NCBI GenBank assembly: GCA_024679065.1
Contig: JAGIQG010000006.1
Location: 130,014,001 to 130,078,000 of the forward strand
DNA from: Sphyrna mokarran
Lineage: Eukaryota
Length of the DNA: 64,000 bases
Direction: 5' to 3'
The position numbers and the translations under genes are program-made. The notes beneath the pieces were generated by a model. That model was not told the DNA's origin and ran no database searches. It was given only the letters and a program-made list of their open reading frames with translations. Below are positions 35,945 to 48,789 of this stretch, one piece after another; the first letter of the stretch is position 1; every line of letters starts with the position of its first letter.

Positions 35945-36600
35945 AAGAACATAAGAAATAAGTGCAGGGGTAGGCCATTTAGCGCCTCGAGCCTGCCCCA
36001 CTATTCAATAACATCTTGGCTGATCTGAAATGGATCAGTTCCACTTTCCCGCTTTCTCCCCATAAGCCTTAATTTCCTTTTCTATCAGAAATCTATCTAC
36101 CTGACTTAAATATATTCAGCAAGGTAGCCTCCACCACTTCAACAGGCAGAGAATTCCAAAGATTCACCACCCTTTGAGTGAAGAAAGTCCTCCTGAACTC
36201 TGATCTAAACCTCCACCCTTTATTTTGAGGCTGTGCCCTCTAGACCTGCTATCCTTTCTAAGCAGGAAGAATCTCTCCTCTTCCCTATCCATTCTGTTCA
36301 TTATCTTATATGTCTCAATAAGATCCCCCCTCAGCCTTCTAAACTCCAACGAGTACAAACCTAGTCTATTCAATCCCCTCACAGGCTAACCACCTCATCT
36401 TCGGTCTCAGCCTAGTAAACCTTCTCTGCACCCCCTCCAAGGCCAATATATCCTTCCTAGAATGTGGTGACCAAAACTGCACACAGTACTCCAGCTGCAG
36501 CCTCAGCAGTGTCCTATACAGCCGCAAAAGTATCTCCCTACTTTTATATTCTGTCCCCCTAGCTATAAAGGCCAACATTGCATTAGCCTTCTTGATCACC
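35945..36600 (-). mobile_element. 5'-truncated CR1 inserted in the ERV
   Basis: VIKKANAMLAFIARG...LEYCVQFWSPH...RRLRGDLIETYK; tail AAGAACATAAGAAATA. Confidence 0.92.
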
Positions 36601-37215
36601 ATAATTATGACCTTATATGACCCATTCCATTTTGGTGCAAACCCTGGTTTTTCAGGTAATATTTTTATCAAGATGTGACTTCCCGCTATTGGGATGTCAG
36701 GGAGCATTTCAAGCACTCACTGTGCATCTCTTTCCTCCTGATTATCCTTTACTAATTTAAGCATCACTTTTAGTTGGGCGCTTAGTTGCAAAACGTATCA
36801 TTTAATTTTGTCTTTTAGTGTACCTACATTGGTCCCACCTGTTATGATACTTTCTGTAATTGCATTGCCTTTCCTGTCATTAGTTCATAAGGGGTTAATC
36901 CAGTTGTCCAGTTTGTGGTGGCATTAACCTCATTAATATAGTAGGTAATACTTCTGTCCATGTTTTTCCTGAAATCTGCATGGCCTTGGCCGGGGCATTT
37001 TTAAGGGTTCTGTTCATGCACTCCATCATTCCAGAACTCTGCAGGTGGTAAGGGGTGGATTTTTTTTTATTCTCATCAGTTGGCACTATTTTTACTACCT
37101 TCCTGGTGAAGTGCCTCCCTTGATCCTAATCAATCTGTATGGCTGTTCCCCATCAAAGGATTACCACCTCCACCAATATTCTAGCCACTGAGGTAGCAGT
37201 ACAATTTCTGATTCA
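36601..37215 (-). mobile_element. Decayed retroviral integrase (pol 3' end)
   Basis: RNCTATSVARILVEVVIL*WGTAIQID*DQGRHFTRKVV; YHLQSSGMMECMNRTLK (compare YHPQSSG.VERMNRTLK); WTEVLPTILMRL; PKWNGSYKVII (GPY/F-like). Confidence 0.85.
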
Positions 37216-37364
37216 ATTTCTACTCACCAGGTGACTGTCTTAGTATTTCCCGCATTTTTTATTTTGATTTCTTTCTCACATTTCCTTGCAGTTGGTTATA
37301 CAGTAGCAGTGCTAAAGTCTGGGGAGGTGGTGGGATAGTGATATTGACACTGGACTTACTCAGG

Positions 37365-37628
37365 CCTTATCCCCACAACTCCATGCATTTATCATGGCCT
37401 AATCCACCTAACTGACACATCTTTGGCTACTAAGGGGCAACTTATCATGGCCAATCTGGCTAACCTGCACATCTTCGAACTGTGGGGAAACTGGAACACT
37501 TGAAGGAAACCCACGCAGACATCGGGAGAATATGCAAACTCTGCACAGATGATCACTCCAGTCTGGAATTGAACCTGAATCCCTGGCACTGTGAAGCAGC
37601 AGTGCTAATCACTGTGCCACCATGCCGC
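37365..37628 (-). mobile_element. HE1/V-SINE-like SINE
   Basis: GGAAACCCACGCAGACATCGGGAGAATATGCAAACTC...CAGCAGTGCTAATCACTGTGCCACCATGCCGC. Confidence 0.85.
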
Positions 37629-38165
37629 ACCCTCTTCACCAAGAGGGTGGGGGTGTCGAGTTTAGTGGTGGAGGCAGAAACCCTCAACAACTAATGGAAA
37701 AGGAATCTGGATCTATATCTAAAGTGCTTAACCTACAAGAATGCACATTGGCTGCTGGAAGGTGGGAGACTAGTATTTTATCTTTGACTGGCGCAGGCAC
37801 GACCCAGCCTTTTTCTACATCGTATATTTTCTACTGTTCGAATTGTTTCCCACTGCACTTGAGTTTTCATTCTTCCTTCTTCATACAGATTTAGTTCCTT
37901 GTCACAGGAATCCTGATTGGACTGAATAGGTAGACCTCATGTGAGCCATAGAATATACTTGTCTTAGAAGTATTGTGTTGTGCATATCTTTGGGGCCAGT
38001 TTTGTTCTGGTGTGATGATGATGAGGCTAAAATTGAAAGACTAATGCTCGATATTGAATATTGGTTGGTAAACTGACCATGGAGCAACAGAATCCAGCTT
38101 GATTCTGCCCTTGTCCAATGCCCACACTGTTCCTTCACTGTCGCTGGACCAAAATCCTGGAACAC

Positions 38166-39929
38166 GAGGTGGCATGGTGGCAGAGCAGTTAGCACTGCTG
38201 CCTCATAGCGCCAGGGTTCAATTCCTGGCTTGGGTCATTCTCTTTACAAAGTTTGTATATTCTCCCTGTGTCTGCGTTGGCTTCTGCAGGGTGTTCCGGC
38301 TTCTTCCCACAGTCTGAAAGATGTGCTGGTTAGGTGCGTTGGCTATATTAAATTCTCCCTCAGTGTACCCAAACAAAGAAAATTACAGCACAGGAACAGG
38401 TCCTTCGGCCACCCAAGCCTACACCGACCACGCTGCTTGACTTAACTAAAACCCCCCCACACTTCAGGGACCATATCCCTCTATTCCCATCCTATTCATG
38501 TATTTGTCAACATGCCCCTTAAAACTCTCTATTGTATCCATTTCCACGACTTCCTCCGGCAACGAGTTCCAGGCACCCACTGCTCTCCGTGTAAGAAAAA
38601 AAAATCTGCCTCATACATCTCCGTTAAACCTTGCTCTCGCACCTTAAACCTATGCCCCCTGGTAATTGACTTCCACCCTGGGAAAAAGCTTCTGACTATC
38701 CTCTCTGTCCATGCCTTTCATAATCTTGTAGACTTCTATCAGGCCTCTCCTCAACTCCCCCATCATTCCAGTGAGAACAGAGCAAGTTTTTCCAATCTCT
38801 CCTTGTAGCCAATGCCTTCAACACCAGGCAACAAGCTGGTAAATCTTTTCTGCATCCTCTCCAAAGTTTCCACATCCTTCTGGTAGTGCAGCGAACCAAA
38901 ATTGAACACTATATTCCTTCCAAGTGTGGCCTGACTAAAGTTCTGTGAAGCTGCAACATGACTTGCCAATTTTTAAACTTCAAACTTTAGCCGGTAAAGG
39001 CAAGCATGCCATGTGCCTTCTTGACTGTCTTCTCTACCTGCATTGCCACTTTCAATGACCTGTGTATCTGTACAACCAGATCCCTTTGCCTATCAATACT
39101 CTTAAGGGTTCTGCCATTTACTGCATATTTCCTATCAGACCTTCCAAAATGCATTACTTCACATTTGTTCGGATTAAACTCCATCTGCCATCTCTCCGCC
39201 CAAGTCTCCAACCGATCTGTATCCTGCTGTATCCTCTAAGTGTGTGCTGGCATTTGAGGAATTATGGCATTGCCCATCCTTACAACAGCATGTCCCCTTC
39301 ATCAGTAACCTTGTGACTGTGAGGGCAGGCAGTGGGGAGGGGGAGTACCTCTTGAGGACATGATTCCGGAGTTGAAAGGGTTGGCTTGTGAGGAGAGACT
39401 GAGTAGACTGGAGCTATACTCATATCAGGATTTGGGCTGGTATCTGTGGGAGTTTGCGCATTTGCCCCGTGCTTGCATGGGTTTTCTCCAGGTGCTCCGG
39501 TTTTCTCCCACACCCCAAAGATGTGCTGTCAGGCTGATTGGCAAAACAAATTGACCCTAAATTGTCTCCCCAATTTGGTTCCAATGCAGATTTCCATAAA
39601 CATAGACAAGAGTCATAGGTGGAAGTGGGAATGTTAAAATGGTGGTGCGGGCTCGTTGGGCTGAAGAGCTTGTTTCCCGTGCTGTGTTGTTCTTTGTTCT
39701 TTGATGGGCCTCATCGTATCTGCAAATCCACCAACCTTTGTATCATCTGCAAATTTACTAACCAATCCAGTTACATTTTCCTCCAAATATTTATATGTAT
39801 TACAAACAGCAAAGGTTCCAACACTGACCCCTGATCAGGCACTGGAATGTGGTGACTAGGGGAATTTCGTAGTAATTTCATTGCAGTGTTAATGTAAGCC
39901 TACTTGTGACATTAATGAATAAATAAACT
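38166..39929. mobile_element. Nested cluster: SINE (+) split by CR1 (-), itself interrupted by CR1/SINE pieces
   Basis: SINE head 38166-38372 ends AGTGTACCCAAACA; CR1 (-) spans 38373-39237 and 39720-39834; the SINE tail resumes at 39835 (CAGGCACTGGAATGTGGTGACTAGGGG...AATAAATAAACT). Confidence 0.8.
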
Positions 39930-41440
39930 AAGCACATTGGGTGTAGCTACCCCATAAGCGCTATTGCATTTCAAGAAAGCAGTTCACCATCATCTTCTCA
40001 AGGGAGTTGGGGTTGGACAATAAATTCTGGTCTTGCCAGTGATGTCCACATTCCACGAATGAATAAAAATATATACATTTCAGATTCAAAGCTGATCTGA
40101 AATACAGGAATGTTTTTATTTAAACGATGATGGCAATGTGTTCTAAATGTCCACATTCTTCATGTGAATCTTGTAAAAAGATCCAAATGCTTGAAGAGTA
40201 ATTGAAGCTATGATGACTAAAGTGTTGTCAAATCTGTGAACTACCTCTTTTCACATATACTCCCATGAAAGAAACTGCTCATTAATTTTGGGTGAGAGAT
40301 TTATTGGGTGGGATTTTTCAGCCGCTCATGCTGGAAGGATCTATTGGTCCTGCTGACGATGACCTCACCATCCCCCCCTTCCCCCGGCCGCAGGTTCCCT
40401 GGCAGTGGAGGTATCAACAATGGGAAACCCCGTTGACAGTGGCAGGACTGGAAGAACCCACTGGGGGCCAATGGAGGTCACCTCTGCTGCCACAAAAATG
40501 ACATGAGAAATTGAAAATCATTGACTTCAGAATTGGGAAAATGAAAAGAAATACCAAACTTGTGTGGAAGCTTTGTTAGAGTTGGGGATTTTAACCTTTT
40601 TGCTTTTGAATCTCTGGTGTTGTAGAAATTTTATAGGCTCTCTGAAACACAGCACAGGTATTTTTGCTGTGTACTGTTAATTGCACAATTAAGCAAACAT
40701 ATATTTATTACATAATTTGAAACTTGTCTTTACTGAATAAGATTTTTGTCAAGAAATCAAGATATCTTCAACATGTGCATAGAAATGACATGTTCAATTT
40801 TCATTCAAGCTTGGTTATGCTTGAGCTTGGAGACTGTTGCTGAGATTGGTCGATTACCACTTAAACTGATAGAGTGCTGAGGAGGCTGTTGGAATCGACA
40901 GATGATCCTGCTCTTGGTTCTGCATTTGTTTGTTATTAATGATCTGAGTGAATATGTCTCCTGAAGCTCGATGCCATCTCCTAACAACATGATGTTAGAC
41001 CGATGGCCACAAGGCTCTTGGACAATGTGGTAGTTTCTGGTTCCTCTAGTCTGGGGCCAGGAAGTTGAGGTCTGGAATGCACTGCCCTGAGAGTGTGGTG
41101 GAGGCAAGTTCAATCAAAGAATTCAAAAAGAAACTGGAATTATCTGAAAAGCAATACCTTGGAAGGTTACAGAGGGAACATGCAGAAATGGCACTAAAGT
41201 AAATTGCTCATTGGGAGAGCCAGTGCAGACATAATGGGCTGAATGGCCTCCTTCTTTGCAATAAAAATTGTGTGATTCTGATATCACTTGGTGATTAGGG
41301 GCAGAAGTGTGCCTGAAGAGTGAAATCTTTGGCAATTAGCTTAATTTAAATGGCATAGACAGGGAGTGACAAGAAAATTTTGAAATCTGCATGTAGATCC
41401 ATGTGGGGTTCAGATCCCTGGTTAAGAATTCCTATGTAGC

Positions 41441-41645
41441 CTAACAACACCAGGTTAAAGTCCAACCAGTTTATTTGATAGTAATCCACAAGCTTTCAGA
41501 AATGCTGTTCCTTCGTCAGGTGTGTGGAAGGAACAATGTTTCTGAAAGCTTATAGGATTACTATCAAGTAAACCTGTTGGATTTTAACCTGGTGTTGTGA
41601 GACTTCTTACTGTGTTTACTCCAGTCCAATGCCAGAATCTCTACA
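41441..41645. mobile_element. Fold-back Penelope terminal-repeat element (family A variant) with 14-bp TSD
   Basis: Imperfect inverted arms ACAACACCAGGTTAAAGTCCAAC... / ...GTTGGATTTTAACCTGGTGTTGT; minus-strand CCTGACGAAGGAACAGCATTTCTGAAAGCTTG; TTAAGAATTCCTAT repeated at 41422-41435 and 41646-41659. Confidence 0.8.
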
Positions 41646-42429
41646 TTAAGAATTCCTATATCAGGCCAAACATAGATTATTGTGCACAATTCTGGTGGTC
41701 TTGCTACAAAAAGAATGTGAAGGTGTTGAAAATGCACTAAAGGATTTAAGAAGATGGGAGGGGAGCAAGCAGTCAAAAACAAGGACTATTTGTTAAAGAT
41801 AGTCACAGATAAACTCAACATGAAATTCAGGAGTAATTTCTTCACTCGAGAGAGGTGAAAATGTGGAATACTCTACCACTTGGTGTGGCACAGATGCATT
41901 GGATGGGAAGTTAGACAAGTGTATGAGGGGAAAAAGGAATAGAAGGACATGCTGATGGTGTGAGATGATATATGATGGGAGGAATCTCATGTTGAGCATA
42001 TACAGCAGCATTGATAAATGGGCTTAATGGCCTATTTCGGTGCTGTAACTTTTATGCAATCATCACAAAAAGTCTTGCATTTACATTACACAACACCTTA
42101 AATGTCACAAAACTTTCCATAATGCTTGAGGTGGTGGTGGTGGAGTGATATTGTCATTGGACAATTAATCCACGTTTTATCACAAGTAACTCTTCAATTG
42201 CAGATAATAAAAATAGAACAAAACTTACTCCAACTTCTAAATCAAAGAAACATCATTACTTGAGGCCATGCCCAGGGCCACTCCAAACTCCCCACAATTG
42301 CAAACAAGTTCTTATTCATAGTGAGTAAGCTGGTCAGTTGACTATTATATCCTTTTATACTGTCTATGCCATTTAAATTAAGCCAATTTAATGCTAATTG
42401 CCAAAGATTTCACTATTCAGGATTATATC

Positions 42430-44840
42430 TAATTTCTAATATCAATTGGAAAAGCTATAGTTCAAGTATGTTAGAGGGGTCAGTTTTTGTTCAATGTGTG
42501 CAGGGAGGTTTCATGACTCAGTATGTAGATAGGCCAACAAGAGGTGAGGCTTTATTGGATTTGGTACTGGGTAATGAACCAGACCAGGTGTTAGACTTGG
42601 AGGTGGGTGAGCACTTTGGTGATAGTGACCACAATTCGGTTACGTTTACCTTAGTGATGGAAAGGGATGGGCACATACCAAATAACAGTAGTTATAGCTG
42701 GGGGAAAGGTAATTATGAGGCTATTAGGAGAGATTTAGGATGCATAGGGTGGAGCAGGATATTGCAGGGGCTGGGGACATCTGAAATGTGGAGCACATTT
42801 AAGGAACAGCTTCTGCATGTCCGTAATAAATATGTACCTGCCAGGCAGGGAGGAAGTGGTCGAGTGAGGGAACCACGGTGTACTAGGGAAGTTGAATCTC
42901 TGGTGAAGAGGAAGAAGGAGGCTTATATAATGATGAGACGTGAAGGCTCAGTTAGGCCACTGGAGAGCTATAAATTAGCCAGGAAGGAGCTAAAGAGGGA
43001 GTTGAGAAGAGCTAGAAGAGGACACGAGAAGACTTTGGCGGATAGGATTAAGGAGAATCCTAAAGCTTTTTACAGGTATATAAATAATAAAAGATTGGTT
43101 AGGGCAAGATTAGGGCCAGTCAGAGATAGCAGTGAGAAGTTGTGCATGGAGCCTGAGGAGATAGGAGAGACACTGAGTATTTTTCGTCAGTATTCACGCA
43201 GGAGAAAGACAATGTTGTCGGGGAGAATGCTGTGATACCAGGTTGTAGACTGGGCAGGATTGAGGTTCATAAGGAGGAGGTGTTAGCGAATCTTGAGGGT
43301 ATGAAAATTGATAAGTCCCCTGGGCCAGATGAGATTTACCCTAGGATTCTCTGGGAGGCTAGAGAGGAGATTGCAGAGCCTTTGGCTTTGATCTTCATGT
43401 TGTTGGCTACAGGTATAGTGCCGGAAGACTGGAGGATGGCAAATGTTGTCCCTTTGTTCAAAAAGGGGAGTAGGGACCATCCTGGAAATTATAGACCGGT
43501 GAGCCTGACTTCTGTTGTGGGCAAAGTCTTGGAAAGAATTATAAAGGATAGGATTTATAAGCATCTAGAGAGAAATAAATTGATTAGGGATAGTCAGCAC
43601 GGTTTTGTGAAGGGTAGGTCGTGCCTCACAAACCTTATTGAGTTTTTTGAGGAGGTGACCAAAGAGGTAGATAAGGGTAAGGCAGTTGATGTAGTGTATA
43701 TGGATTTTAGCAAAGCGTTTGATAAGGTTCCCCATGGTAGGCTACTGCAGAAAGTGCAGATGCATGGGATTGAAGGTGAGTTAGCAGTTTGGATTAGGAA
43801 TTGGCTAGCTGATAGAAGACAGAGGGTGGTGGTTGATGGGAAATATTCAACCTGGAGTGCAGTTACAAGTGGTGTACCTCAAGGATCTGTTTTGGGGCCA
43901 CTGCTGTTTGTCATTTTTATAAATGACCTAGATGAGGGTGTAGAGGGTTGGATTAGTAAATTTGCTGACGATAACAAAGTGGGGGGAGTTGTAGACAGCG
44001 AGGATGGATGTTACAGTTTGCAGAGGGACGTAGGTTGCAGAGCTGGGCCTTGAGGTGGCAAATGGAATTCAATACGGATAAGTGTGAGATGATTCACTTT
44101 GGTAGGAATAACAGGCATATGAAATATAGGGCTAATGGAAGGACCCTTAATAGTGTTGTCGAGCAGAGGGATCTTGGGGTACAAGTACATAGCTCTTTGA
44201 AAGTTGGCACCCAGGTTGATAAAGTTGTTAAGAAGGCGTACGGTGTGTTAGCTTTTATTGGTAGAGGGATTGAATTTAGGAGCCGTGAGGTTATGTTACA
44301 ACTGTACAAAACTCTGGTGCGGCCGCACTTGGAGTATTGCGTACAGTTCTGGTCGCCGCATTATAAGAAAGATGTGGAAGCATTGGAAAGGGTGCAGAGG
44401 AGGTTTACCAGGATGTTGCCTGGTATGGTGGGAAGGCCTTATGAGGAAAGGCTGAGGGACCTAAGGTTATTTTCATTAGAGAGAAGAAGGTTACGCGGTG
44501 ACCTAATTGAGGCGTATAAGATGATCAAGGGACTGGATAGGGTGGATAGTGAGAGCCTTTTTCCTCGGATGGTGATGACCAACACGAGGGGACATAACTT
44601 TAAATTAAGAGGTGGTAGTTATAGGACGGATGTCAGAGGCAGGTTCTTTACACAGAGGGTGGTGAGGGCGTGGAATGCCCTGCCTGCAGCAGTTGTGGAC
44701 TCGCCTACTTTGGGGGCATTCAAATGTTCGGTGGATAGGCATATGGATGATATTGGAATAGTTTAGGTTAGAGGGTTCACTGGCCGGCGCAACATCGAGG
44801 GCCGAAGGGCCTGTACTACGCTGTAATGTTCTATGTTCTT
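42430..44840 (+). mobile_element. Long 5'-truncated CR1 LINE (EN C-terminus plus RT, two frameshifts)
   Basis: ORFs 42366-43235, 43232-44053 and 44008-44766: [85 protein letters not shown]; tail TGTTCTATGTTCT. Confidence 0.97.
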
Positions 44841-45711
44841 CTATTTTGTAATTGGTTCCATGGTTTACTAGGTCAGCTGATCCTTACAGCTTTTTACCAT
44901 TGGTCACATTACAACCAATACGAAGTCACCACTTGGGGGCTCTAACAATCCCAGAGGACCACAGTAATGCTGTAGTGACCCAGATTTGAATCCCACCATG
45001 GCAGATGGTAAATTTTGAATTCAATAAAAATGTGGAATTAAAAGTCTAATGATGACTGTGACCACAATTGTTGTAAAATCCCATTTGGTTCATTAGTGTC
45101 CTTTAGGGTAGGAAATCTGTCAGACTTGCCTGGTATGGCCAACAGCATTGTGGCTGACTCTCAAATGCCCTCCAAAATGGACAAAAGGTGCTGGCCTAGC
45201 CAGAGATGCTCACTTCCCATGCACATACATGAGAAGAAGAGTATTTTGAAACAAAAGATTCTACTGAATCACAGAGGATATTGGACCAGACAGTTGATAG
45301 TTGGCTCAGAAAGACAGGTTTTACAGAGTGCTTTAAAGAGGACGTGTCAGAGAGCTTTCAATAGGACATTCCACTGCCATTAGCAGTTGTCTTCCATTGC
45401 TTAGGAGCCACACCTAAGCAGACTGTAAAGCTGTTTTTTTTTTTTATTTTTTTGATCTGATTTATTTTTGCCACATGTATTAGTATACAGTGAAAAGTAT
45501 TGTTTTTTGCATGCTATACAAATAGTTGAAATTGTTGAAGTTTCCTCAATATGATGAACAGCTGATTTGTTAAGAACAATCACATTTGACCATCGTCATA
45601 TCAGTCACATTTAGAAAAGTTTCCTTCAAGCAAATTAGATTCCCATTATTTTACTGGATTTGAAGTAATGCATTTGGTTGAGGACAAAGGAAAGAGAATA
45701 GTTAAGATGCA

Positions 45712-47040
45712 AGATTCTGATTTGATTTGATTGTCACATGTATTAGTATACAATGAAAAGTATTACTTCTTGTGCAAAGCATACAGTTCATAGACAAGGT
45801 AAGAACATAAACAGTAGGAGTAGGCAGCCTAGCTTTTCTGCCCTGCCATTCAATAAGACCGTGGCTGATCTGAAATGGATCAGTTCCGCTCTCCCGCTTT
45901 CTTCCCATAACCCTTAATTCCCTTGTCTATCAGAAACCTATCTACCTGTGACTTAAATATATTCAGTGAGGTAGCCTCCACCACTTCAATGGGCAGAGAA
46001 TTCCACAGATTCGTCATCCTTTGAGCGAAGAAGTTCCTCCTCAACTCTGATCTGAACTGCTCCGCCCCCCTTTATTTTGAGGCTGTGCCCTCTCGTCCTG
46101 CTATCCTTTCTAAGCGGGAAGAATCTCTCTACCTCTATCCTATCTATCCCCTTCGTTATCTTATATGCCTCTATAAGATCCCCCCTCAGCCTTCTAAACT
46201 CCAACGAGTACAGATCCAATCTATTCAATCTCTCTTCATAGGCTAACCCCCTCATCTCCAGTATCAACCTCATGAACCTTCTCTGCACTCCCTCCAGGGC
46301 CAATATATCCTTCCGCAAATGAGGCAACCAAAACTGCACACAGTACTACAGCTGTGGCCTCACCAGTACTCTGTACAGTTGCAGCAAGATCTCCCTGCTT
46401 TTACATTCTATCCCCTTCGCTATAAAGGCCATCATTCCTTTCGCCTTCTTGATCACTTGCTGCACCTGCAGACTGGGTTTTTGCTATTCGTGCACAAGGA
46501 CTCACAGGTCCCTCTGAACCATAGCATGCTGCAGCTTTTCACCTTTTAAATAATAATCTGTCCTACTATTATTTCTACTAAAGTGGATAACCTCACATTT
46601 GCTAACATTATACTTCATCTGCCAGGTCCCCGACAAATCTAGGAGAGAGTGCAGAATGTAGTGTTGCAGTCATAGTTAGGGTGTAGAGAAAGATCAAATT
46701 AATGCAAGGTAAGTTCATTCGAAAGTCTGACAGCAGCAGGGAAGAAGCTGTTGTTGAGTTGGTTGGTACGTGACCTCAGACTTTTATATCTGTTTCCCAA
46801 CAGAAGAAGGTGGAAGAGAAAATGTCCGAGGTATATGGGATCCTTAATTACGCTAGCTGCTTTGTCGAGGCAGCAGCAAGAGTAGATAGAGCCAATGGAT
46901 GGGAGGCTGGTTTGAATGATGGACTGGGCGTCATTTACTACCTTTTGTCGTTCTTAGCATCTTGGCAGAGTAGGAGCCATACCAAGCTGTGATACAACCA
47001 GAAAGAATACTTTCTTGGGTGCATCTGTAAAAGTTGGTTG
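45712..47040 (-). mobile_element. Rex1/Babar-type LINE 3' part interrupted by CR1
   Basis: (GATTT)n tail and TGTCACATGTATTAGTATACA at 45715-45800; resumes at 46636 with sequence near-identical to 51880-52270. Confidence 0.75.
45800..46635 (-). mobile_element. 5'-truncated CR1
   Basis: ORF 45986-46339 (-) QFWLPHLRKDILALEGVQRRFMRLILEMRGLAYEERL; very similar to the reverse complement of about 16980-17820. Confidence 0.95.
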
Positions 47041-47778
47041 TGGAGCTATTGAAGATTACAGAGAAAAGAAGGGGTCAGACCAAAACAATGGGAATTTTGA
47101 AATAGGGATATTAATTGTCTGGGAGCCAATATAGCTCAGCAATTACAGGGGCCCTTTTATTTGGTGGTTTTAAAATTTCCCAAGCCATGCCTCTTTATCA
47201 CCTCTTAGTCATGTCTCCTTACATTCATTACCATTCTCAATTTAACAGGAAAACAACTTTCTCTCAGACCTCTAAGTGATTCTGCAGAATTGGTCATCAG
47301 GAGGATGATATCTTCTGTCCCTTCTGCAAGAAATACAAAGAATCTTTAACGTGAAAAAATTTGATTAAAAAGAAGCCATTATGAGATGTTTTATTGCAAG
47401 TAAAAAAATAATTATTAGCAGTGGAACTAAGCATGGTGAAATACTGAAAATTAATAGGAATGGTTAGGAAACAGAAATATAATCATGCATCAGATCTGTA
47501 ATGGCAAGATCTCATTATATTTGATCCTTTAATGTGAGGCTGACCTTTAATGGTTTAGTGACACCTCTTGTCAACTGCTCCTGCATTTGTTTATTGCAGC
47601 TTTGAATCATGTTCTATCAGACACTTGGGATGTAATGCAGATATGGCAAAGGACAGCTGACTCAAGATTGAGATTGGGATCAAACTGCTTGTCTCAAACA
47701 TGTTCAACTTGTTTAATTCGTTGTTCTGATCATTCAAACCTAGCTGTTTATCACCAGTTATTTTGGTTTACGATTAAT

Positions 47779-47913
47779 AGCCGGAATTCTCTGGCCATTC
47801 AAGTTCTACCGCTGCTGCCAGCAGGAATGAGAATCCGTGGATTCGGCCAAAACTCCATTCACAGCAGCAAAACTGGAGAATCCCAACTGTGGGTGGAGCT
47901 GGAGAATCCGGCT
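47779..47913. mobile_element. Short MITE-like element with terminal inverted repeats
   Basis: AGCCGGAATTCTCTGG ... CTGGAGAATCCGGCT termini; related GGGATTTT/AAAATCC-bounded GC-rich pieces near 24615-24860, 40305-40520 and 61257-61308. Confidence 0.5.
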
Positions 47914-48789
47914 CAAGTTTCGGTGTGAAAGTGCAAACAGTTCTGTGGGTATCCTTAATGCTGGGGTAATGCTGCAGTCAAATGTAACCTTGAAAATTTT
48001 TTAACACACATCACTATGGTAGGTAAAAAAAAAACTTTGCTTACTTCATATCTCTAAAGCATTGGGGAAATTCGATTATGTTAAAGAAGCTTTTTAAATA
48101 CAAGTTGGACAAGAGGCTGTGTCTTGCTGTTTGATGCTGTATCATATTGAAGCACTACACCAATTATTAATTGAGACCATTATTTTGGCAGGCTCACTGT
48201 GAGCATGATCCAGTTATTTGCGATCATAAAAATACTGGAAGCAATAAATGGAAATTAGCTCCCGTACAATAGAATCACAAGACTTCATTAGCCACCTTAA
48301 GTGTTTTCCTCAAGATGTATGCTTTATTGTTGATGGTGATTGGTTCCTCCTCCACTCCTCATTGCACCACAACTCTAAAAACTCTTGCATTTTATTAATT
48401 GCTATTATTTTGCTGACTTTTTTTTTGCAGTCATCACGCTTTCTGTCAGTTTCTGCTTGCGTTGCAGTCTATGCACTTCCTGTTTTTGCGTTGGGGTTGC
48501 ATCTTGAGTGGGTCAGGTGGAACAATAAATTCAACTGAGAGGAAATTAATCATGGAAATTGTCGAATTAAATTATCATGGATATCAGGATATAGATTGAC
48601 CTTTGAATTCTGTTCAGAAATGGGGGTAGAATTATAGGTAAAGTCCCCATTGTCCTAGAAAACCATAGGCTGCTCTCCCTTTAGATACAGCTGATTGGTG
48701 GTGATTGAGGGGAGGGGCAAGGCTGAGAAGGCAGATCCTTCATCAATAACCTCAGCCAGTAGGGGAATTTAACCCATGTTGGCATGGGT

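Noticed and set aside
36366-36716. Integrase-CR1 fusion ORF (116 aa)
   Set aside because: A chance in-frame junction between a decayed ERV and a truncated CR1; both partners carry stops or frameshifts nearby.
42366-44766. Three long consecutive ORFs as a host gene or an active retroelement
   Set aside because: They are frameshifted pieces of one 5'-truncated CR1 ORF2 lacking ORF1 and the endonuclease N-terminus.
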